From Yuukianura sp. NJ FZ-2021 (taxonomy: Eukaryota), in contig JAJCTO010000011.1 of assembly GCA_046563655.1 (NCBI GenBank), forward strand, positions 310,001-374,000: 64,000 nucleotides of DNA, in the 5' to 3' direction. The translations under genes and the position numbers were made by a program. Of this stretch, positions 13,401 through 23,500 are shown in pieces. The notes beneath the pieces are model-generated. The model was not told where the DNA came from. It searched no databases and saw nothing but the letters and a program-made list of their open reading frames with translations. The number at the start of each line of letters is the position of its first letter. Position 1 is the first letter of the stretch.

Positions 13401-15138
13401 TGTTGCACCGTTGAGCAAGCGCCTACAACCACACTCACATATGCAAAATTATGGAGCGACTTTCCTCATCGTACGGTTGCTGTTGCTTACTCTTACACAA
13501 AAGTTACACTGAAAATCCGTCAAAATCGTGCTTTAGAAAAATATCTAGTGTAGTTTGCTCTTGAAGTTGTATGGCTGTATGCCGCTATAGAAGCCTACAC
13601 ATCATGGTTGCAATGATTTTGCAATACATGGTGGATTTCAAAAACCATTTACACTCAACATCTCGTTTCACGTATAGGACACCCAAAATAAATTACCTAT
13701 TAGAGTCTCTACTTTTCGTTTCGGCAGCGGTTCTGTAAAGCCGCTTGGCTGAACTTAAATCAAGAATGCCGGCGTGTTCCCATGATAATCCAGCTTTACA
13801 TCTAGTGTCGTGAAAACTAGTAGACCTCTCCTTTGGCAGATATTGTTTAGGTGCAATAAACACAATTTTCTTCAGTAAAACCTTTTGTTGCACCGTTGAG
13901 CAAGCGCCTACAACCACACTCACATATGCAAAATTATGGAGCGACTTTCCTCATCGTACGGTTGCTGTTGCTTACTCTTACACAAAAGTTACACTGAAAA
14001 TCCGTCAAAATCGTGCTTTAGAAAAATATCTAGTGTAGTTTGCTCTTGAAGTTGTATGGCTGTATGCCGCTATAGAAGCCTACACATCATGGTTGCAATG
14101 ATTTTGCAATACATGGTGGATTTCAAAAACCATTTACACTCAACATCTCGTTTCACGTATAGGACACCCAAAATAAATTACCTATTAGAGTCTCTACTTT
14201 TCGTTTCGGCAGCGGTTTTGTTAAGCCGCTCGGCTGAACTTAAATCAAGAATGCCGGCGTGTTCCCATGATAATCCAGCTTTACATCTAGTGTCGTGTTG
14301 TCGCCTGAAAACTAGTAGAAATATCCTTTGGCAGATATTGTTTAGGTGCAATAAACACAATTTTCTTCAGTCAATTCTTTGTTGCACCGTTGAGCAAGCG
14401 CCTACAACCACACTCACATATGCAAAATTATGGAGCGACTTTCCTCATCGTAAGGTTGCTGTTGCTTACTCTTATACAATAGTTACACTGAAAATCCGAC
14501 AAAACCGTGCTTTAGAAAAATATCTAGTGTAGTTTGCTCTTGAAGTTGTATAGCTGTATGCCGCTATAGAAGCCTACACATCATCTTTGCAATGATTTTG
14601 CAATACATGGTGGATTTCAAAAACCATTTACACTCAACATCTCGTTTCATGTTTAGGACACCCAAAATAAATTACCTATTAGAGTCTCTACTTTTCGTTT
14701 CGGCAGCGGTTTTGTAAAGCCGCTCGGCTGAACATAAATCAAGAATGCCGGCGTGTTCCCATGATAATCCAGCTTTACATCTAGTGTCGTGTTGTCGCCT
14801 GAAAACTAGTAGACCTCTCCTTTGGCAGATATTGTTTAGGTGCAATAAACACAATTTTCTTCAGTCAAAACTTTTTGTATCACCTAAGTATCACATTTCG
14901 TGTTAGAAATATTTTTTGCTACACCATGGTTTCTAAAAACCATCCCGGAAATCATGAAATGGAAGAATTCTATCCGCTGAGCTAGTTGGTCTCTATAGCG
15001 TGAAATTGTGTACTAGTTGGTTTCCATCGTGAATTTGTAAAATGTTTTGTAGTGTTCATAAGTTTTAGAGGCTGGTTCAGAGGAGTGGGTTTTTACAGAG
15101 CGGTCTGCATAACGTCAAAATCTAATTGTTCCGTATAC

Positions 15139-15391
15139 TGTGACGGTCTGAGTTATCCGCCCGTCCGAGGAAGAGGGGGACCGTAGATGACTAGCAGCGG
15201 AGCAGCACCAGAGCCAGTCAGTTTCTGTCGGACAGGACTCAAGGAAGGGAGCCAGCCACTGCACCTTGGCTCTTAGTTTCATTTCTTTTAGATCTTTATT
15301 GTACCAATAAAGATCAGTCTTTTCATTGCACCAGACATGGGAGAGAGCTTTCAGGTCATTCTTGGGTCAGTGGTGGCCCCGCTACTTCACA
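15139..15391 (+). repeat. 5' LTR (253 bp)
   Basis: tgtgacggtctgag...gctacttcaca. Differs from the 3' LTR by two substitutions and a 6-bp indel (atggac). Confidence 0.95.
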
Positions 15392-15392
15392 C

Positions 15393-15408
15393 TGGCGACC
15401 GTGACAGG
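15393..15408 (+). promoter_or_regulatory. Primer-binding site, tRNA-Arg(UCG) type
   Basis: TGGCGACCGTGACAGG lies 1 bp after the LTR end. It is complementary to ...CCTGTCACGGTCGCCA, the 3' end I recall for insect tRNA-Arg(UCG). Drosophila 412/mdg1-lineage Gypsy elements use an Arg primer. Confidence 0.8.
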
Positions 15409-16516
15409 CGACCTCCAATCCGAAGGTCAAGTCGAAAACTTCGAGGTCAAGATCAGAGAACTTCGCTCCAAAAGCAGCTGTCTTCAACGTTAACATCAAA
15501 TCAACGGATTCATTTTGGTACAACGATGGTACGTGTAATTAAGTAATTTTAAGGTGGGACGCAGCGTATACAGGCAGCGTTCCAGCGCAGCGATTGTAGT
15601 TTTGCGCGTAAAATCAGGCTAAAGTTAGTCTAGTGACCTATGACATGCACATGTGAGGCTAAATCATTCCTATCTACATTTTTCCTGGTAAACCATGAAA
15701 GTATCAATATAAAACAATAAGATTAGCCTATGAACTGTTCAGTGCAATGTCATACGTTGCTTTTATGATCGTTTTTGCAAAGTAAAGTTACGAATTGGCC
15801 TAGAAACGTGGTATAACGTGGCGTGTTACAAAATGGCGTCGTGAGCATGCAGAGTCAGGTTATCAGCATTAGTTTCGTCAGTTAGCAAATCGAGGTCACA
15901 GGAAATAGCAGATTAGTAAAAGTAATTCAGAAAGACAAAATCTATGAAACTTAATCTAAATTCTTTCGGGCTTACAATCTTAAAGTGAATGGAAATGGAC
16001 GGAACGTAGTAAAAGTCGACATCCCAGTTTAGGATAGTCATACATTAAAGTAATCGTTGAAACTAGAAACACGACATAGATTAAGTCGTCGTCTCACATC
16101 ACATTTCATGCACAGTACAATCATTACTTTTCAATTGAGAGACGCAGCGTAGATTAAGCAGTCGTCTCCACAATTAGGTTGCAGTAAGGCATAAATCTAA
16201 AGTTTGTTCATCGATTGGAAGTTATTACTTTGTTTTTCAAGTTTTTTCGAAGTGAATGGTTAAGTAAAGAAAGGTTATAAAGTAAATTGAAGGTTGTTAA
16301 ACAGTAAATGAGTAAAAGACAAGAATCTAAAGTTATCATGTTTGAGACGCAACGTAGAATAAGTAGACGTCTCTGTGACTTATTCCTTATAGTTCATAGT
16401 TAGTGTTAGTTAGTAAGAAAGTCGGGACGACGCGAGTGGCGACGACCCACAAAATTTTGTAAATTTGCAGCAGTTAAGTTACTTTATAAAGCATAGAAGT
16501 TGGTTAAAAGAAAATT

Positions 16517-16758
16517 TTTAGAGAAAAAGCTAGAATCAGAGCTTAAAGAAATATTTAGAGAAAAAGCTAGAATCAGAGCTTAAAGAAAAGAAAAGAGTTT
16601 AATAGTTGAATAGTTGAATCCCTTGACATTGAGAGTCATTAGGACAGAGTCAGAGACAGAGTCAAAGACATAGTCAGAGACCTAATGTAAAGAGACATTG
16701 AGAGTCATTAGGACATAGTCAAAGGCAGAGTCATAGACATAGTCAGAGACCTAATGTA
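16517..16758. repeat. Two local tandem duplications inside the LTR element
   Basis: tttagagaaaaagctagaatcagagcttaaagaaa occurs twice (~16517-16588). gacattgagagtcattaggaca...gtcagagacctaatgtaa occurs twice (~16625-16758), built from gtcagagaca-like subunits. Confidence 0.85.
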
Positions 16759-17280
16759 AGGAGGTTAACTAGTTCAAGCCAAGTTATTGATGTTGTAAGT
16801 TTAGGTTATGTGTTGTTTTGTTAGATTGATACTAAAATATTGATGAGTTAAGAGTTTAAGTAAGTGTTATAGTAACAATGGTTGAAAGTATTATGAAGTT
16901 TATAGATAAAATAGAAAAGTAAGGGACGCATCGAAGGGCAGCGATCCAGAATTTAAGTTTGTACATAAAGTGAAGATATGTTTACTAAATTTTCCCTAGT
17001 TTAATGCACCAATTGTTAAGAATTTTTAAGAATTTACCGTTTATGAGAAAATTTCGGTAAATATAAGGATATTAGTTACGAATTGAGTTGTTATCATATA
17101 AGTTTCAAAGTCTATTTTGCCATTTTGAAGAATAATTACAAGGATAATGCACAAATACTAGTAAATTTAGTCAGGCTATGCCAAGTTTTCAGTTTAGTTA
17201 TTAAGGAAAGAGTTCAAAGGTCAGTCAAAGTGACACAAGGGTCAGCGTAACCCGGTAAAGAGGGCTTTGTCGCAGGAGAA

Positions 17281-17539
17281 TGTGACGGTCTGAGTTATCC
17301 GCCCGTCCGAGGAAGAGGGGGACCGTAGATGACTAGCAGCGGAGCAGCACCAGAGCCACTCAGTTTCTGTCGGACAGGACTCAAGGAAGGGAGCATGGAC
17401 CAGCCACTGCACCTTAGCTCTTAGTTTCATTTCTTTTAGATCTTTATTGTACCAATAAAGATCAGTCTTTTCATTGCACCAGACATGGGAGAGAGCTTTC
17501 AGGTCATTCTTGGGTCAGTGGTGGCCCCGCTACTTCACA
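17281..17539 (+). repeat. 3' LTR (259 bp)
   Basis: Direct repeat of 15139-15391, followed by the ATAC TSD and resumption of SatB in register. Confidence 0.95.
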
Positions 17540-20500
17540 ATACCTCCTAATGTCGCCTTGAAGTATCACATTCCGTGTTAGAAATATTTATTGCTACACC
17601 ATGGTTTCTAAAAACCATGCCGGAAATCATGAAATGGAAGAATTCTATCCGCTGAGCTAGTTGGTCTCTATAGCGTGGAATTTTGTACTAGTTGGTCTCC
17701 ATCGTAAATTTGTAAAATGTTTTGTAGTGTTCATAAGTTTTAGAGGCTGGTTCAGAGGAGTGTGTTTTTACAGAGCGGTCTACATAACGTCAAATTTTTA
17801 AATGTTTCGTATACCTCCTAATGTCGCCTTAAAGTATCACATTTCGTGTTAGAAAGATTTCTTGCTACACCATGGTTTCTAAAAACCATGCCGGAAATCA
17901 TGAAATGGAAGAATTCTACCTGCTGAACTAGTTGGTCTCTATTGCGTGAAATTTTGCACTAGTTGGTCTCCATCGTGAATTTGTAAAATGTTTTGTAGTG
18001 TTCATAAGTTTTAGAGGCTGTTTCAGAGGATTGGGTTTTTACTGAGCGTTCTGATAACGTCAAAATCTAATTGTTCCGTATACCTCCTAATGTCGCCTTG
18101 AAGTGTCAGATTTTGTGTTAGAAATATTTTTTGCTACACCATGGTTGCTAAAAACCATGCCGGAAATCATGAAATGGAAGAATTCTACCTGCTGAACTAG
18201 TTGGTCTCTATTGCGTGAAATTTTGTACTAGTTGGTCTCCATCGTGAATTTGTAAAATGTTTTGTAGTGTTCATAAGTTTTAGAGGCTGTTTCAGAGGAT
18301 TGGGTTTTTACTGAGCGTTCTGATAACGTCAAAATCTAATTGTTCCGTATACCTCCTAATGTCGCCTTGAAGTGTCAGATTTTGTGTTAGAAATATTTTT
18401 TGCTACACCATGGTTGCTAAAAACCACGCCGGAAATCATGAAATGGAAGAATTCTATCCGCCGAACTAGTTGGTCTCTATTGCGTGAAATTTTGTACTAG
18501 TTGGTCTCCATCGTGAATTTGTAAAATGTTTTGTAGTGTTCATAAGTTTTAGAGGCTGTTTCAGAGGATTGGGTTTTTACTGAGCGTTCTGATAACGTCA
18601 AAATCTAATTGTTCCGTATACCTCCTAATGTCGCCTTGAAGTGTCAGATTTTGTGTTAGAAATATTTTTTGCTACACCATGGTTGCTTAAAACCACGCCG
18701 GAAATCATGAAATGGAAGAATTCTATCCGCTGAACTAGTTGGTCTCTATTGCGTGAAATTTTGTACTAGTTGGTCTAAATCGTGAATTTGTAAAATGTTT
18801 TGTAGTGTTCATAAGTTTTAGAGGCTGATTCAGAAGAGTGGGTTTTTACAGCGCGGTCTGCGTAAAGTCAAATTTTAAAATGTTCCGTATACCTCCTAAT
18901 GTCGCCTTGAAGTATCACATTTCGTGTTAGAAAGATTTCTTGCTACACCATGGTTTCTAAAAACCATGCCGGAAATCATGAAATGGAAGAATTCTACCTG
19001 CTGAACTAGTTGGTCTCTATTGCGTGAAATTTTGTACTAGTTGGTCTCCATCGTGAATTTGTAAAATGTTTTGTAGTGTTCATAAGTTTTCGAGGCTGTT
19101 TCAGAGGATTGGGTTTTTACTGAGCGTTCTGATAACGTCAAAATCTAATTGTTCCGTATACCTCCTAATGTCGCCTTGAAGTGTCAGATTTTGTGTTAGA
19201 AATATTTTTTGCTACACCATGGTTGCTAAAAACCATGCCGGAAATCATGAAATGGAAGAATTCTACCTGCTGAACTAGTTGGTCTCTATTGCGTGAAATT
19301 TTGTACTAGTTGGTCTCCATCGTGAATTTGTAAAATGTTTTGTAGTGTTCGTAAGTTTTAGAGGCTGTTTCAGAGGATTGGGTTTTTACTGAGCGTTCTG
19401 ATAACGTCAAAATCTAATTGTTCCGTATACCTCCTAATGTCGCCTTGAAGTGTCAGATTTTGTGTTAGAAATATTTTTTGCTACACCATGGTTGCTAAAA
19501 ACCACGCCGGAAATCATGAAATGGAAGAATTCTATCCGCCGAACTAGTTGGTCTCTATTGCGTGAAATTTTGTACTAGTTGGTCTCCATCGTGAATTTGT
19601 AAAATGTTTTGTAGTGTTCATAAGTTTTAGAGGCTGTTTCAGAGGATTGGGTTTTTACTGAGCGTTCTGATAACGTCAAAATCTAATTGTTCCGTATACC
19701 TCCTTATGTCGCCTTGAAGTGTCAGATTTTGTGTTAGAAATATTTTTTGCTACACCATGGTTGCTAAAAACCACGCCGGAAATCATGAAATGGAAGAATT
19801 CTATCCGCTGAACTAGTTGGTCTCTATTGCGTGAAATTTTGTACTAGTTGGTCTAAATCGTGAATTTGTAAAATGTTTTGTAGTGTTCATAAGTTTTAGA
19901 GGCTGATTCAGAAGAGTGGGTTTTTACAGCGCGGTCTGCGTAAAGTCAAATTTTAAAATGTTCCGTATACCTCCTAATGTCTCCTTGAAGTATCACATTT
20001 CGTGTTAGAAAGATTTCTTGCTACACCATGGTTTCTAAAAACCATGCCGGAAATCATGAAATGGAAGAATTCTACCTGCTGAACTAGTTGGTCTCTATTG
20101 CGTGAAATTTTGTACTAGTTGGTCTCCATCGTAAATTTGTAAAATGTTTTGTAGTGTTCATAAGTTTTCGAGGCTGTTTCAGAGGATTGGGTTTTTACTG
20201 AGCGTTCTGATAACGTCAAAATCTAATTGTTCCGTATACCTCCTAATGTCGCCTTGAAGTGTCAGATTTTGTGTTAGAAATGTTTTGTGCTACACCATGG
20301 TTGCTAAAAACCACGCCGGAAATCATGAAATGGAAGAATTCTATCCGCTGAACTAGTTGGTCTCTATTGCGTGAAATTTTGTACTAGTTGGTCTCCATCG
20401 TGAATTTGTAAAATGTTTTGTAGTGTTCATAAGTTTTAGAGGCTGATTCAGAAGAGTGGGTTTTTACAGAACGGTCTGCATAACGTCAAATTTTAAAATG

Positions 20501-23500
20501 TTCCGTATACCTCCTAATGTCGCCTTGAAGTATCACATTTCGTGTTAGAAAGATTTCTTGCTACACCATGGTTTCTAAAAACCATGCCGGAAATCATGAA
20601 ATGGAAGAATTCTACCTGCTGAACTAGTTGGTCTCTATTGCGTGAAATTTTGTACTAGTTGGTCTCCATCGTGAATTTGTAAAATGTTTTGTAGTGTTCG
20701 TAAGTTTTAGAGGCTGTTTCAGAGGATTGGGTTTTTACTGAGCGTTCTGATAACGTCAAAATCTAATTGTTCCGTATACCTCCTAATGTCGCCTTGAAGT
20801 GTCAGATTTTGTGTTAGAAATATTTTTTGCTACACCATGGTTGCTAAAAACCACGCCGGAAATCATGAAATGGAAGAATTCTATCCGCCGAACTAGTTGG
20901 TCTCTATTGCGTGAAATTTTGTACTAGTTGGTCTCCATCGTGAATTTGTAAAATGTTTTGTAGTGTTCATAAGTTTTAGAGGCTGTTTCAGAGGATTGGG
21001 TTTTTACTGAGCGTTCTGATAACGTCAAAATCTAATTGTTCCGTATACCTCCTAATGTCGCCTTAAAGTATCACATTTCGTGTTAGAAAGATTTCTTGCT
21101 ACACCATGGTTTCTAAAAACCATGCCGGAAATCATGAAATGGAAGAATTCTACCTGCTGAACTAGTTGGTCTCTATTGCGTGAAATTTTGTACTAGTTGG
21201 TCTCCATCGTGAATTTGTAAAATGTTTTGTAGTGTTCATAAGTTTTAGAGGCTGTTTCAGAGGATTGGGTTTTTACTGAGCGTTCTGATAACGTCAAAAT
21301 CTAATTGTTCCGTATACCTCCTAATGTCGCCTTGAAGTATCAGATTTCGTGTTAGAAATATTTTTTGCTACACCATGGTTTCTTAAAACCATGCCGGAAA
21401 TCATGAAATGGAAGAATTCTACCCGCTGAACTAGTTGGTCTCTATAGCGTGAAATTTTGTACTAGTTGGTCTCCATCGTGAATTTGTAAAATGTTTTGTA
21501 GTGTTCATAAGTTTTAGAGGCTGTTTCAGAGGATTGGGTTTTTACTGAGCGTTCTGATAACGTCAAAATCTAATTGTTCCGTATACCTCCTAATGTCGCC
21601 TTGAAGTGTCAGATTTTGTGTTAGAAATATTTTTTGCTACACCATGGTTGCTAAAAACCACGCCGGAAATCATGAAATGGAAGAATTCTATCCGCTGAAC
21701 TAGTTGGTCTCTATTGCGTGAAATTTTGTACTAGTTGGTCTCCATCGTGAATTTGTAAAATGTTTTGTAGTGTTCATAAGTTTTAGAGGCTGTTTCAGAG
21801 GATTGGGTTTTTACTGAGCGTTCTGATAACGTCAAAATCTAATGTTCCGTATACCTCCTAATGTCGCCTTGAAGTATCACATTTCGTGTTAGAAATATTT
21901 TTTGCTACACCATGGTTTCTAAAAACCATGCCGGAAATCATGAAATGGAAGAATTCTATCCGCTGAACTAGTTGGTCTCTATTGCGTGAAATTTTGTACT
22001 AGTTGGTCTCCATCGTGAATTTGTAAAATGTTTTGTAGTGTTCATAAGTTTTAGAGGCTGTTTCAGAGGATTGGGTTTTTACTGAGCGTTCTGATAACGT
22101 CAAAATCTAAATGTTCCGTATACCTCCTAATGTCGCCTTGAAGTATCACATTTCGTGTTAGAAAGATTTCTTGCTACACCATGGTTTCTTAAAACCATGC
22201 CGGAAATCATGAAATGGAAGAATTCTACCTGCTGAACTAGTTGGTCTCTATTGCGTGAAATTTTGTACTAGTTGGTCTCCATCGTGAATTTGTAAAATGT
22301 TTTGTAGTGTTCATAAGTTTTAGAGGCTGTTTCAGAGGATTGGGTTTTTACTGAGCGTTCTGATAACGTCAAAATCTAATTGTTCCGTATACCTCCTAAT
22401 GTCGCCTTGAAGTGTCAGATTTTGTGTTAGAAATATTTTTTGCTACACCATGGTTGCTAAAAACCATGCCGGAAATCATGAAATGGAAGAATTCTATCCG
22501 CTGAACTAGTTGGTCTCTATTGCGTGAAATTTTGTACTAGTTGGTCTCCATCGTGAATTTGTAAAATGTTTTGTAGTGTTCATAAGTTTTAGAGGCTGTT
22601 TCAGAGGATTGGGTTTTTACTGAGCGTTCTGATAACGTCAAAATCTAATTGTTCCGTATACCTCCTAATGTCGCCTTGAAGTGTCAGATTTTGTGTTAGA
22701 AATATTTTTTGCTACACCATGGTTGCTAAAAACCATGCCGGAAATCATGAAATGGAAGAATTCTATCCGCTGAACTAGTTGGTCTCTATTGCGTGAAATT
22801 TTGTACTAGTTGGTCTCCATCGTGAATTTGTAAAATGTTTTGTAGTGTTCATAAGTTTTAGAGGCTGTTTCAGAGGATTGGGTTTTTACTGAGCGTTCTG
22901 ATAACGTCAAAATCTAAATGTTCCGTATGCCTCCTAATGTCGCCTTGAAGTATCAGATTTCGTGTTAGAAATATTTTTTGCTACACCATGGTTTCTAAAA
23001 ACCATGCCGGAAATCATGACATGGAAGAATTCTATCCGCTGAACTAGTTGGTCTCTATTGCGTGAAATTTTGTACTAGTTGGTCTCCATCGTGAATTTGT
23101 AAAATGTTTTGTAGTGTTCATAAGTTTTAGAGGCTGGTTCAGAGGAGTGGGTTTTTACAGAGCGGTCTGCATAACGTCAAATTTTAAAATGTTCCGTATA
23201 CCTCCTAATGTCGCCTTGAAGTATCACATTTCGTGTTAGAAATATTTCTTGCTACACCATGGTTTCTAAAAACCATGCCGGAAATCATGAAATGGAAGAA
23301 TTCTACCCGCTGAACTAGTTGGTCTCTATTGCGTGAAATTTTGTACTAGTTGGTCTCCATCGTGAATTTGTAAAATGTTTTGTAGTGTTCATAAGTTTTA
23401 GAGGCTGGTTCAGAGGAGTGGGTTTTTACAGAGCGGTCTGCATAACGTCAAATTTTAAAATGTTCCGTATACCTCCTAATGTCGCCTTGAAGTATCACAT

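Larger units (their letters stand above)
1..14878. repeat. Tandem satellite array SatA, ~494-bp monomer (variants of ~485, 493-495 and 497 bp), about 25 monomers, truncated by the window start
   Basis: The same sequence recurs with ~494-bp period (aatgccggcgtg near 396, 890, 1384, 1877). Length variants come from 1-bp indels and a 10-bp deletion (gtgtcgtg^aaaact at ~7313, ~11840, ~13812). Confidence 0.98.
15139..17539 (+). mobile_element. Non-autonomous LTR retroelement (2,401 bp, no coding capacity), probably Gypsy-dependent
   Basis: Two direct LTRs with TGTGA...TCACA ends; 4-bp TSD ATAC at 15135-15138 and 17540-17543; PBS after the 5' LTR; short purine run AGGAGAA (17274-17280) before the 3' LTR; no gag/pol ORF in the ~1.9-kb interior. 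Confidence 0.93.

Noticed and set aside
397..14854. Recurrent 60-158 aa ORFs (MPACSHDNPALH..., MCLLHLNN...) in SatA
   Set aside because: They recur only because the monomer repeats, are broken by 1-bp indels between copies, and show no recognisable domain.
15337..15546. 69-aa ORF across the LTR/PBS as a gag remnant
   Set aside because: It starts inside the LTR, is short, and has no Gag or zinc-knuckle motif.
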